Source: Pseudomonadota bacterium
Lineage (GTDB): Bacteria; Pseudomonadota; Alphaproteobacteria; Rhizobiales; Rhizobiaceae
NCBI GenBank assembly: GCA_040755925.1
Contig: JBFLWR010000430.1
Location: forward strand, 1-60,844
Direction of reading: 5' to 3'
Length of the DNA stretch: 60,844 nucleotides
A program made the translations under genes and the position numbers. Below the pieces are notes generated by a model, which was given only the letters and a program-made list of their open reading frames with translations, was not told the origin of the DNA and searched no databases. Shown one piece after another: positions 1-9,123 of the stretch (positions within the stretch are counted from its first letter, which is position 1; every line of letters begins with the position of its first letter).

Positions 1-109
1 CATCCCGATGTGCCAAAAGCGAAACCTTGACATTTTTCAGGGCGATACAATCTTCGAATGGCGTGGGGGAACTTCTCTTAGTCGGCTCCGCCGAAGTCCG
101 TGTATCCGC

Positions 110-1057
110 ATGCCAAGTTTGAAAAGCCACCTCGTCTCGTTGATCCTCAGGCACAGCCGCAAGAGGGCTTTTTCCAGTCCGGAAAACCTGCGGCGCTGGA
201 TCGACTACGCTCGCAAGACCGAGGATTACCATCCACCGGCCCTGCTCGAGGCTCGACTGGATATAACCGAGACTTTCGTCGACGGCTTTCCCGTCTACGA
301 GATCGCGCCGAAGTCCGGCGAGCGCCGGCGTATCCTCTATCTGCATGGCGGCGCGTATGTCTTCCAGATCACCTCCTATCACTGGGGCCTGATCGCCGAG
401 ATGGCTGAGCGCCTGGGCTTCGCCATCACCGTGCCGATCTACCCGATCGCGCCGGAGCATGATTTCCACGCCATGTTCGGCATGGTGAGCGACCTCTACA
501 GGCGCATGCTGGAAGAAACCGACGCCGAGGATATCGTCTTCATGGGCGATTCCGCCGGCGGCAACATGGCCGTGGTGCTGACCATGATGGCCGCCGAGGA
601 AGGATTGCCTTTGCCATCGCGCCATGTGCTGATCTCACCCGGGCTGGACATGTCGCTCTCCAATCCGGAAGTGTTCGAGGCCGAGCGCAACGATCCCTGG
701 CTCGGCATCCCCGGCGGGCTTGAGGCAATCCGGCTCTACAGTGCCGGAATGGACCGCTCCGACTGGCACATCAGTCCGCTCTACGGTGACCTCTCCGTGC
801 TGCCGAAGACGCTGCTGCTTGCCGGCTCGCGCGACCTGCTCAGCCCCGACAACCTGATCTTCGCCGAGAAGGCGCGCGCCGTCGGTGTCGAGGTGGATGT
901 CGTCTATGAGGAAGGCATGTTCCACGTCTGGCCGCTGATCGAGATGCCGGAAGCGCGCCGCGCGCGCGACAGCATCGTCGCCTTCCTGGCCGGCGAGCCG
1001 AAGGCAAAGCGCACACAGGCGAGAGGCTGGTGGCTGCAGGGTCAGGCCGCGACCTGA
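110..1057 (+). CDS. alpha/beta hydrolase, hormone-sensitive-lipase (HSL) family esterase
   Basis: HGGAY oxyanion motif, GDSAGG nucleophile elbow, C-terminal HVW; start taken at the internal ATG 110 (MPSLKS). Confidence 0.88.
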   Translation: MPSLKSHLVSLILRHSRKRAFSSPENLRRWIDYARKTEDYHPPALLEARLDITETFVDGFPVYEIAPKSGERRRILYLHGGAYVFQITSYHWGLIAEMAERLGFAITVPIYPIAPEHDFHAMFGMVSDLYRRMLEETDAEDIVFMGDSAGGNMAVVLTMMAAEEGLPLPSRHVLISPGLDMSLSNPEVFEAERNDPWLGIPGGLEAIRLYSAGMDRSDWHISPLYGDLSVLPKTLLLAGSRDLLSPDNLIFAEKARAVGVEVDVVYEEGMFHVWPLIEMPEARRARDSIVAFLAGEPKAKRTQARGWWLQGQAAT

Positions 1058-1076
1058 AAGGATCACGATAGGCTGG

Positions 1077-1469
1077 CTAGCCCAGGTCGTACTCCCTGCG
1101 TGAAGCTTCGATTGCCTGCCGGTTTTTCTGCCCCCACGCCGACAGCGCCTCGAGCGGCAGGATGAGCGAGTGGCCCATCTCGGTCAGCTCGTATTCCACT
1201 TTGGGCGGAATGGTCGGATAGGCGGTGCGTTTCAACAGCCCGTCCCGCTCCAGCCCGCGTAGCGTCAGCGTCAGCATGCGATGCGAGACGCCACCGATCA
1301 GCCGCATCAGCGCGTTGAAGCGCATCGGGCCGTGCGACAGCGCGCCAACCACCATGATGGTCCATTTGTCGCCGATCCTGTCGAGAACCTGGCCGAATGC
1401 CCGGCACTCGGCGTGCGGATCGTCATCCGCCATTTCCGGCACGCGCTCTTGCAGCGAAGCTTGCGGCAT
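1077..1469 (-). CDS. HxlR-family winged-helix transcriptional regulator
   Basis: IGDKWT...RFNAL...LTLTLRGLERDGL...PPKVEYELTEMG signature; N-terminal Cys; divergent from an NmrA-like oxidoreductase. Confidence 0.9.
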   Translation of the reverse strand: MPQASLQERVPEMADDDPHAECRAFGQVLDRIGDKWTIMVVGALSHGPMRFNALMRLIGGVSHRMLTLTLRGLERDGLLKRTAYPTIPPKVEYELTEMGHSLILPLEALSAWGQKNRQAIEASRREYDLG

Positions 1470-1597
1470 CTGCCTGTCCTTCGACACGAACATCGATGTT
1501 CGTAGAGCACAGAATTGTGCATTCTTGCGCCGATTTCCAGTCTCCATCATATCACTACGCACAAAATGTTCGTGCCAACCAACGATGGAGAAGACCT

Positions 1598-2443
1598 ATG
1601 AAAATCGGTATCAGCGGCGCCAGCGGCAAACTCGGCAAGGCTGTCCTGAACGAGCTGGCGACACGCGTTCCCGCACATAAGGTGATTGCAATCTCGCGCA
1701 CACCCGAAGCTGTCGAGGGAGCAGCCGAAGCCCGTCTCGGGGATTATGACAACCCCGGCACGCTGGCGACCGCCTATGCCAGCCTCGACAGGTTGCTCAT
1801 CATCCCGACATCCGACCTGCGGCCCGGCAGGCGCGGCGAGCAGAACCTGGCAGCCATCGACGCCGCCGTTGCCGCCGGCGTCGGCCACATCGTGTTGATG
1901 TCGATGGCCGGCACCCGCGAGGAGTTGGAGCCAGCCATTGGCGCATCCTATTGGGCGGGCGAGCAACGGCTTATCGCAACGGCCGCGAGATGGACCATCC
2001 TGCGCATGAACTACTACGCCGAATCTCTTGTGCAGGAAGCGCAGATGTCCTTCGGCCTGGGCATGCTGACCGGCCTTGCCGAGAACCGGGTCGCCTTCGT
2101 TTCGCGCGACGATGTTGCCGCCGCGGCGGCCGGTATCCTGGCCGGGGACAACCATGCCGGTGCAATCTATGACGCTACCGGCCCGGCCAGCATCTCGGGC
2201 GCCGAGCGCGCCGCCATGATTGCCGAGGCCTCGGGCAGGCCGATGAGCTTCGCTGTGATCGCCGACGAGCAGCTTCGTGGCGGCCTTGCCCAAGCCGGCT
2301 TGCCGATCGACGTCATCAACGCGGTTTCCAGCATTCAGGCCGGGTTTGCGGCCGGCGGCATGAACATTGTAACCGGCGACGTCGAGAAACTGTCGGGCCG
2401 CGCGCCAAGGCCGCTTCAGGAGATTCTGGCCGCCGCGTTTTGA
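1598..2443 (+). CDS. NmrA/QOR2-like NAD(P)H-binding oxidoreductase (atypical SDR)
   Basis: MKIGISGASGKLG Rossmann motif; VSRDDVA motif; GGAG RBS before ATG 1598. Confidence 0.87.
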   Translation: MKIGISGASGKLGKAVLNELATRVPAHKVIAISRTPEAVEGAAEARLGDYDNPGTLATAYASLDRLLIIPTSDLRPGRRGEQNLAAIDAAVAAGVGHIVLMSMAGTREELEPAIGASYWAGEQRLIATAARWTILRMNYYAESLVQEAQMSFGLGMLTGLAENRVAFVSRDDVAAAAAGILAGDNHAGAIYDATGPASISGAERAAMIAEASGRPMSFAVIADEQLRGGLAQAGLPIDVINAVSSIQAGFAAGGMNIVTGDVEKLSGRAPRPLQEILAAAF

Positions 2444-2463
2444 GCATCGGGCGCAGCCAGCCG

Positions 2464-2497
2464 AAAAAAGAGCCCGCCCCGGAACACCGGGACGGGC
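2464..2497 (-). terminator. intrinsic terminator between convergent genes
   Basis: GCCCGCCCCGG-AACA-CCGGGACGGGC stem-loop next to an A6 run (U-tract on the minus strand). Confidence 0.7.
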
Positions 2498-2525
2498 CCT
2501 GTCAAAACAAAACCGACTCGGTCAG

Positions 2526-3425
2526 TTAGAACTTCCCGGTTTCGCGGAAGAGCTCGAACGTGGCGCGGATATGGTCAGCGACCGCTTTGACCGGCGCACT
2601 GGCGTCGGACCCGACAACCATGGCTAGGTTGTAGGTGCCGATATCCGGCATGCCGTCCTTCGGCCCGAGCTCGACCATCTCGTCGCCGAGGAACGACTTG
2701 GGCAGCGGCGCGACGGCAAGATCCGCCATGATCGCCGCGCGCTGGCCGGCGGTATGCGCACTCATATAGGCAATGCGGTAGTTGCGGCCTTCACGGCCGA
2801 GCGCTTCCAGCGCCCCTGCCCGCCAGGCGCAGCCTTCCTCCCACAACGACACCGGCAGGGGCTCGCGCAGATGCGCGCAGCCACCCTTGGCTCCGGCCCA
2901 TACAATCGGCTCAGTCAGAAGCACTTCGGCCCCGATGGCACTGGTCTTGTAGGAATTGGTGAGCAGCGTGATGTCGAGCGCGCGGTCATCCATGCGACGG
3001 CGCAGATTGATGCTCTGGTCGATGGTGACATCGACCGCGATCGAAGGATGCGACTGGGCGAAGCGCTTCAGCACATGCGGCAGGATCCGCTCGCCGTAAT
3101 CGTCCGGGGAGCCCAGCCGCACCACCCCGACAATGTCGGGAATGATGAACTTCGACACCACCTCGCGGTTGATCGAGAGCAGGCGGCGGGCATAGCCGAG
3201 CAGCATCTCGCCATCCGTGGTCAGCGTGACAGAACGCGCGTCGCGCGCAAAGACCGAGCGGCCGAGAATGTCCTCCAGCTTCTTGATCTGCATGGAGACG
3301 GCCGATGGCGTGCGGAACACCGCATTGGCGGCGGTGGTGAAGCTGCCGGTCTCGGCGATCGCCACGAAGGTGCGCAGCACATCGAGATCGAGCAGCGGCA
3401 GAGGGTGATTAAGCGGGGCGTTCAT
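2526..3425 (-). CDS. LysR-family transcriptional regulator
   Basis: LDLDVLRTFVAIAETGSFTTAANAVFRTPSAVSMQIKKLE HTH; 299 aa. Confidence 0.95.
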   Translation of the reverse strand: MNAPLNHPLPLLDLDVLRTFVAIAETGSFTTAANAVFRTPSAVSMQIKKLEDILGRSVFARDARSVTLTTDGEMLLGYARRLLSINREVVSKFIIPDIVGVVRLGSPDDYGERILPHVLKRFAQSHPSIAVDVTIDQSINLRRRMDDRALDITLLTNSYKTSAIGAEVLLTEPIVWAGAKGGCAHLREPLPVSLWEEGCAWRAGALEALGREGRNYRIAYMSAHTAGQRAAIMADLAVAPLPKSFLGDEMVELGPKDGMPDIGTYNLAMVVGSDASAPVKAVADHIRATFELFRETGKF

Positions 3426-3645
3426 TGGAGCTTGCTTTCAATTTTTCTGATGCAAACGATCATCCCATTTCGTTTGATTGAACATCACTTCGCGCGCATA
3501 GTCAACTTGATCGATGCAGGCTGCTGCCAGAAACGGCCACCAAACCACCACGACACAGACCTGCAATCGACATGAAATGAAGCTGAAACAGACCTGACGT
3601 AACGCATGGCCGGGTGCTTCCCTGCCCGATTCGAGGAGAAAGAGA

Positions 3646-3831
3646 ATGTCTATCCTGTCATCCATCGGTCGGCTCGCGACCGAATTCAGCGCGGCCCGCG
3701 CCCGCTACCAGACCGAGCGCGCCATCCATGCGCTGCCGATCGAACTGCAGAAGGATATCGGCTGGCCGGAAGCCGCCGACGCCAAGAGCGGCGTGCGCCT
3801 CGGCGTTGGAACATGGGCCGGAGCCAAGTAG
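3646..3831 (+). CDS. small DUF1127-like protein (61 aa)
   Basis: GAGGAG RBS; Arg-rich helix followed by L-x4-KDIGW, resembling the DUF1127 core; own terminator; divergent from LysR. Confidence 0.75.
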   Translation: MSILSSIGRLATEFSAARARYQTERAIHALPIELQKDIGWPEAADAKSGVRLGVGTWAGAK

Positions 3832-3852
3832 CTAAGTGTGTATTGAGAAGTG

Positions 3853-3889
3853 AGGGCCTGCCGCGTCAGCTCGGCAGGCCCTTTTGTTT
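3853..3889 (+). terminator. intrinsic terminator of the DUF1127-like gene
   Basis: AGGGCCTGCCG-N8-CGGCAGGCCCT followed by TTTGTTT. Confidence 0.85.
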
Positions 3890-4165
3890 GCGCTCAAACG
3901 ACTTACAGAGCCATGCGACCGCCGCATGACGCATATGAACCACTCGCATAGCGGGTTAATTTTCGAATTAAGGCCTTGTAAATAATATAAAATCTTGGGC
4001 ACGCCGCCCAAAAATGTCGCAATCCATGTCGCTTTTCATATCAAGCGCTTCGCTTTTGCGATTTAGTTTTTGCTGAACCAAGCCTATATCACCCGCAGCA
4101 AAAACGAGCTGCCCCACTCCATAAAGCGAAGGCGACCCGTCTGAGCAACCCAAATGGAGATGACG

Positions 4166-4300
4166 ATGAAGCTGTTTGCCCGCCTTTTCACCCGCCGCGA
4201 AATGAACCTGACCACCGCTTTGGAGCGTCAGCGCCTTGCCAAGACCATGCCCGGCCAGACCGGCGCCATGGCCGCCGCCCGCCTTGGCTTTGTCGCCTGA
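4166..4300 (+). CDS. small hypothetical protein, 44 aa (MKLFARLFTRREMNLTTALERQRLAKTMPGQTGAMAAARLGFVA), not in the ORF track
   Basis: GGAG RBS at 4156-4159, ATG 4166, TGA 4298-4300, GC-rich third positions, terminator directly downstream. Confidence 0.65.
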   Translation: MKLFARLFTRREMNLTTALERQRLAKTMPGQTGAMAAARLGFVA

Positions 4301-4327
4301 GATAACTGGCGCACCAAACTGAATCCG

Positions 4328-4359
4328 ACGCCGCCCGGTTTGACCGTGGCGGCGTTTTT
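4328..4359 (+). terminator. intrinsic terminator of the 44-aa ORF
   Basis: ACGCCGCC-CGGT-TTG-ACCG-T-GGCGGCGT stem followed by TTTT. Confidence 0.7.
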
Positions 4360-4543
4360 CGTTGCGTAGACGTTTGATACCAAGCGAGAAGGCATCGTGC
4401 TCGTGGCGATTGCCCATTTGCGACCCGTGTCGCAAATTTAATCTTCACTTGGCCGCCTACCCGATTGACAGCCAAGGTTTTTCCTGATGTCGCTATGCTG
4501 TTCGCGACATTCTGTTCGCGTCATGGCCGCGTGAGGTTACCCC

Positions 4544-5545
4544 GTGAATGCCGTCAAGCATCCGATCAAAAGATCGTTTGTGTTCTTCCTTGTTCCCGAT
4601 TTCACCATGATCGCTTTCGCGACGGCGCTCGACCCGTTGCGTTCGGCCAACCGGATGCTGGGCTACGAGGCTTATCGCTGGCGCCTGGCCAGCATCGACG
4701 GCAAGCCGGTGCGCGCGTCCAACGGCGTCGAATGCGCCGTCAACACCTCGCTCGAGGAAGAACGCAAGAAGATGGCCGGGCCGGACCGGCCGAACATGGC
4801 GATCGTGTGCAGCGGCGTCAATGTCGAGCGGTACCAGAACAAATCGGCCTTCGCCTGGCTGCGTGAGGAATACAATCGCGGCGTCGCCGTCGGCGGGCTG
4901 TGCACCGGCGCGCACATCCTTGCCGCCGCCGGGTTGCTGTCCAACAAGCGCTGCGCCATCCACTGGGAGAACCTGCCTGGCTTCTCGGAAGCCTTCCCCA
5001 AGGCCAACGTCTTTGCCGACCTCTTCGAGATCGACCAGAACGTCTACACCTGCGCCGGCGGCACCGCCGCTCTCGACATGATGCTGAAGTTGATCGGTGA
5101 CGATTTCGACGAGAGCCTCGTCAACCGCGTCTGCGAGCAGGTGCTGACCGACCGCGTGCGCAGCCCGACCGACCGCCAGCGCCTGCCGCTGCGCGCCCGG
5201 CTTGGCGTCCAGAATTCCAAGGTGCTGACCATCATAGAACTGATGGAGGCGAACCTTTCGGAGCCGCTGTCGCTGATCGAGATCGCCGACCATGTCGACC
5301 TGTCGCGCCGGCAGATCGAGCGCTTGTTCCGCACCGAGATGGGCAGGTCCCCTGCCCGCTACTATCTGGAAATCCGGCTCGACCGCGCCAGGCACCTGCT
5401 CATCCAGTCGTCCATGCCTGTGGTCGAGGTGGCCGTGGCCTGCGGCTTCGTTTCGGCCTCGCATTTCTCCAAATGCTACCGCGAGCTCTACGCCCGCTCG
5501 CCGCAGCAGGAGCGCGTCGACCGCAAGCAGTTGCTTGCGGCCTGA
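4544..5545 (+). CDS. GlxA/GbdR-type AraC regulator with N-terminal GATase1-like domain
   Basis: FTMIAFATALDPLRSANR, GGLCTGA, TCAGGTAALDMML; AraC HTH (SRRQIERLF...GFVSASHFSKCYR); GTG start. Confidence 0.92.
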   Translation: MNAVKHPIKRSFVFFLVPDFTMIAFATALDPLRSANRMLGYEAYRWRLASIDGKPVRASNGVECAVNTSLEEERKKMAGPDRPNMAIVCSGVNVERYQNKSAFAWLREEYNRGVAVGGLCTGAHILAAAGLLSNKRCAIHWENLPGFSEAFPKANVFADLFEIDQNVYTCAGGTAALDMMLKLIGDDFDESLVNRVCEQVLTDRVRSPTDRQRLPLRARLGVQNSKVLTIIELMEANLSEPLSLIEIADHVDLSRRQIERLFRTEMGRSPARYYLEIRLDRARHLLIQSSMPVVEVAVACGFVSASHFSKCYRELYARSPQQERVDRKQLLAA

Positions 5546-5566
5546 TCGGAACGCAGGCGCTGCGCG

Positions 5567-6343
5567 TCAGGAGTTGGCGAGCAGGAACTGCCGGACAGGC
5601 GGCGCGACGCGGTCGCTCGCTTCGATGAGGATGGCGTGCTTCAGCCCGTCCAGGATCACCAGTTCCGAATGTGGCAGCGCCTCGGCGATCTGCCTGTTGA
5701 GGCGCGGGTTGCAGCCGCCATCGAACTCGCCGGTTAGCACCAGGCACGGAGCCACGACCTCGTGCAGCCATGGGCTCATCTCGGTCTCGGCATAGATATC
5801 GAAGACGTTCAGGAAGACCTCGGCGGGCGTATCCATCACCTGCCTCTTGCGCCACTCTATGACGTCGGGCCGCCGCGACGCGAATTCATCCGTGAACCAG
5901 CGGGCCGTCAGCGTGTCGAGGACATTGCCGATGCCGCGCTCGCGCATGGCCGCCACGACCGCCTTGACCCTGGCGCTGTCGTCCTCGGTGCGGAATGCGG
6001 CAGTCGACAACAGGCCAACCGAAATGACCCGTTCAGGAAAACGCCTGGCGTAGGCCGGGCCGATCATGCCGCCGAGCGAGTGGCCGGCAATATGGGCCCT
6101 CTCGATACCCAGCTTGGCGCGCAGCAGTTCGAGGTCGTCGACAAGGTCGTCAAGGCCGAAGCGCCCTGAGGGCATCGGAGAATCGCCATGGCCGCGCAGA
6201 TCGTAGGAAATGCAGGTGAATCTGTCTTTCAGTGACTCCACCAGTTTCGACCAACCGGTACGACGCGCGCCGATCCCGTGGATGAGAAAGAGTGCCGGCC
6301 CGCTGCCCTCGATGGAATGGACACAATCAATTGGCTTGCTCAT
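5567..6343 (-). CDS. alpha/beta fold hydrolase (enol-lactonase/RutD-like)
   Basis: HGIG, YDLRGHG, GHSLGG, GEFD, catalytic His in LKHAI. Confidence 0.88.
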   Translation of the reverse strand: MSKPIDCVHSIEGSGPALFLIHGIGARRTGWSKLVESLKDRFTCISYDLRGHGDSPMPSGRFGLDDLVDDLELLRAKLGIERAHIAGHSLGGMIGPAYARRFPERVISVGLLSTAAFRTEDDSARVKAVVAAMRERGIGNVLDTLTARWFTDEFASRRPDVIEWRKRQVMDTPAEVFLNVFDIYAETEMSPWLHEVVAPCLVLTGEFDGGCNPRLNRQIAEALPHSELVILDGLKHAILIEASDRVAPPVRQFLLANS

Positions 6344-6353
6344 TGCCAGCGCC

Positions 6354-6569
6354 TCAATCGCTTCCCGCCAGCTTCGGGTCGGGATAGAGATCGGAGCACA
6401 ATTCGCCGCCTATGGCCCAATCGCCCTTCGCCACGTCCTCGATGAGGATGTGGACAGACTGTGGCTTGCCGCCGCACACACTGATGAAGCTCTCCGTCAG
6501 CGCCTTCGACAGCTGACGCTTCTGCTCGACCGTGCGGCCGCTGAACATTTCCACTCTTATGATGGGCAT
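6354..6569 (-). CDS. 4-oxalocrotonate tautomerase family protein
   Basis: N-terminal Pro (MPIIRV), GRTVEQKRQL, WAIGG; 71 aa. Confidence 0.92.
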   Translation of the reverse strand: MPIIRVEMFSGRTVEQKRQLSKALTESFISVCGGKPQSVHILIEDVAKGDWAIGGELCSDLYPDPKLAGSD

Positions 6570-6598
6570 TCTTCGTTTCTCCGTTTTCGACAGTGAGA

Positions 6599-7633
6599 TC
6601 AGGCGGCGGACCGCTCGCGGCGGCCGGCGATGTGAGGCATTACCTGTGCCGAGAACCGCTCCATCATTTCGAGGGTCTCGGATTGGGGCTGTCCGAAATT
6701 GCTGGACATGATGACCTCATCGATCCCTGCCTCGGCATAGGTCGAGATGCGGTCGATCATTTCGGCGGCTTCGCAGATGATGAGGCTCCGACCGAGTTCC
6801 TCGACCGATTGACGGCGAGGCAACGGCCGGATGCATCCGTTGTCGACGATGCCAGGGCCCGAAAAAACGTTGTCGAACCGCTCATAGTAGTTGTAGGCGC
6901 GTTCGAGCTTGTCCCGAGCGTCGGCGGCATCACGGGCCAGATAGATGCCGCGCATCAGCGACAGGCGGCTCGATTTTCCGCTCTGCTCGGCCAGAGCCTT
7001 TCCGCGTTTGAAGGCGTTCACCTGTTCCATGAGCACCGAATGCGCCGCTTGCAACGGCGTGGTCTGGACCATGTAGCCCTGCCCCGCGCAGGCCTCGATG
7101 CCCTCTGGAGCCATCACCGCCATCATCAGCGGAATCTCGACCTCGGGCCGCGGCATGACGGTTATCGGGTCGAAGCGGTAGAATTCACCGTCCCAGGAAA
7201 CTTCCTCCCGCGTAAGCAATGCCTGGAGCACGGCAAGAGATTCCTCGAATTTCGCTCTTGTCTGCTCGATCGGCGTTCCCAGCCGGGCAACCTCATAGGC
7301 AAAGGCCCCTCTTCCCACGCCAAGCACCAGTCGGCCGTCGCACAGCATGCTTGCCTGCACCACTTCGCCGGCGAAGGTTCGCATGTCGCGCACCGGCAGC
7401 ACGGCAATGGAGGTGACCAGCTTGATGGTGCTCGTCGCGGCAGCGATGCGGACCGCGAGTTGCAGGGGCGATGGCACCAGCAGGATGTTGATGAGATGGT
7501 GCTCCGGGATCGACACGGCGCGATATCCGAGCTTCTCGGCCCATAGCGCCTGCTCGACCATGTCGCGGTAGAGTCGGGTGCCGCCATAGGTCGGGTCCGG
7601 TAGATAGCTCGACAGGAAGTGGTTGAAATCCAT
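6599..7633 (-). CDS. luciferase-like (LLM class) flavin-dependent monooxygenase
   Basis: AEKLGY...PEHH, AAATSTIKL, DGRLVLGVGRG motifs. Confidence 0.92.
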   Translation of the reverse strand: MDFNHFLSSYLPDPTYGGTRLYRDMVEQALWAEKLGYRAVSIPEHHLINILLVPSPLQLAVRIAAATSTIKLVTSIAVLPVRDMRTFAGEVVQASMLCDGRLVLGVGRGAFAYEVARLGTPIEQTRAKFEESLAVLQALLTREEVSWDGEFYRFDPITVMPRPEVEIPLMMAVMAPEGIEACAGQGYMVQTTPLQAAHSVLMEQVNAFKRGKALAEQSGKSSRLSLMRGIYLARDAADARDKLERAYNYYERFDNVFSGPGIVDNGCIRPLPRRQSVEELGRSLIICEAAEMIDRISTYAEAGIDEVIMSSNFGQPQSETLEMMERFSAQVMPHIAGRRERSAA

Positions 7634-7658
7634 GAATATCCCTCGTCGTTGTCAGGGT

Positions 7659-8246
7659 TTAGTCGCTGGCGGCGTCGGTGGAGGCAGCGGACGTTTGGGC
7701 TGCGGCTTCCCAACCAGGGGACGCGGCCGCGCGATCCTCGGATGTCGCCGGGCCGAAGCCGAAATAAGCGCCGCGGAAATAGGCCAGCGGCTCGCCGGCC
7801 TTGGACGTGAATTCCGTTACGCCGCCGATCAGGATGATGTGGTCGCCCGCATCGACGACCTGGTGCTGTGTGCAGGCGATGGTGGCAAGGCTGCCGTCGA
7901 CCGTCGGCGGGCTTCCCGGCGTCAGCGCTTCCAGCGCTACGTCTTTGGCATGGCTACGCGAAGCGAAAGCCGCGGAAAGATCGCGCTGCCAACCGCCCAG
8001 TATGTTCACGCTGAAACGCTCTGCTCGACTGAAAACGCCGGCGCTCTTCGAAGACTTGGCCAGGCAAACCAGGATCAGGGGCGGATCCAGCGACACGGAC
8101 GTGAACGAGTTGGCCGTAAGCGCGCTTGCGGCGCCATCCTCGTTGCGCGCCGCCACCACGGTTACCCCGGTCATGAACGATCCGAGCATATCGCGCAGGA
8201 CTCGGCGATCGCAGCTTTGCGCGTTCACCCAGGTGCCGTGCGGCAT
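7659..8246 (-). CDS. flavin reductase family protein
   Basis: GSFMTGVTVV, TANSFTSVSLDPPL, GDHIILIG; GAGGAGG RBS before ATG 8246. Confidence 0.92.
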   Translation of the reverse strand: MPHGTWVNAQSCDRRVLRDMLGSFMTGVTVVAARNEDGAASALTANSFTSVSLDPPLILVCLAKSSKSAGVFSRAERFSVNILGGWQRDLSAAFASRSHAKDVALEALTPGSPPTVDGSLATIACTQHQVVDAGDHIILIGGVTEFTSKAGEPLAYFRGAYFGFGPATSEDRAAASPGWEAAAQTSAASTDAASD

Positions 8247-8295
8247 GCGTTCCTCCTCGTCCCCCGACACGTCGCCGGATTGCATCCGGCTCAAG

Positions 8296-8337
8296 TTGTA
8301 CAGATGTACCAATTCGGCATGTTGTACATCCGTACAA
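8296..8337. promoter_or_regulatory. tandem palindromic operators TTGTAC-N4-GTACAA, probably bound by the adjacent TetR
   Basis: perfect copy at 8322-8337, near-perfect copy at 8296-8312, in the divergent intergenic region. Confidence 0.7.
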
Positions 8338-8440
8338 GCCGACATGTCAACCGACTTGAAGCCGGCCATTGATGCCGGACATATAAAAAGGCAGCTTGGG
8401 CGGCGACGGATCAAAGTCCGTCGACCTGCTTTCGGGCGCT

Positions 8441-9100
8441 ATGTCAGGGAAGGAAGCGTACGCGTTGGCTCAGGAACGAAAGGCGCATGTCATCCGATCA
8501 TCCCAGGATCGGAGGACCGAGATCATCGAGGCGGCGTTCCTTTGCCTGCAGGAATATGGCTATGCGAAATTGACGGCGAGAAAGATCGCCGAACATTCGA
8601 ACATATCGCTGGGACACATCACCTATCACTTCAAGGACATGAAGGAAGTATTGGTCGAAACCTACCGATACGCGTCGCGGACCCTGTTCGAGGCGACGCA
8701 GCGCGATCTCGGCAGGTCGTCCAAAAGCCCGATCGAGCAGTTGCGGGCTTTCCTTGGCACCGGCTTCAGCAAGGCTTTCCTCAAGCGCGACTATCTCCGC
8801 GTCAGAATCGATCTCTGGTCGGCAGCCCTCGCCTATGAAGAGATCGCGGCGGTCGAGCGGGAACTTTACGAAGGCTACAGGTCGCGGCTGAGCGAGCTTC
8901 TGCGCGGTGTCGCGGCCGACCGCCATTGCGGGCCGGACGCGGTCGCCCCGCTTGCCGACACGATCATGGCGACGCTGGACGGGCTGTGGCTGGACTGGGA
9001 GCGCCGTCACGACGAGGCGGCCATAGGAAACGGCCTCGACGGCTGCATTGCGCTGGTGAACGCCAGGCTTCCCCCAGGCACGGCCCCGCCAGCCAGGTGA
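8441..9100 (+). CDS. TetR-family regulator (BetI-like C-terminal domain)
   Basis: RRTEIIEAA...TARKIAEHSNISLGHITYHFKD HTH; LDGLWL C-terminal motif; start uncertain (8396/8441/8465). Confidence 0.88.
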   Translation: MSGKEAYALAQERKAHVIRSSQDRRTEIIEAAFLCLQEYGYAKLTARKIAEHSNISLGHITYHFKDMKEVLVETYRYASRTLFEATQRDLGRSSKSPIEQLRAFLGTGFSKAFLKRDYLRVRIDLWSAALAYEEIAAVERELYEGYRSRLSELLRGVAADRHCGPDAVAPLADTIMATLDGLWLDWERRHDEAAIGNGLDGCIALVNARLPPGTAPPAR

Positions 9101-9123
9101 AACACATGGTGACGGGCTGGCCG

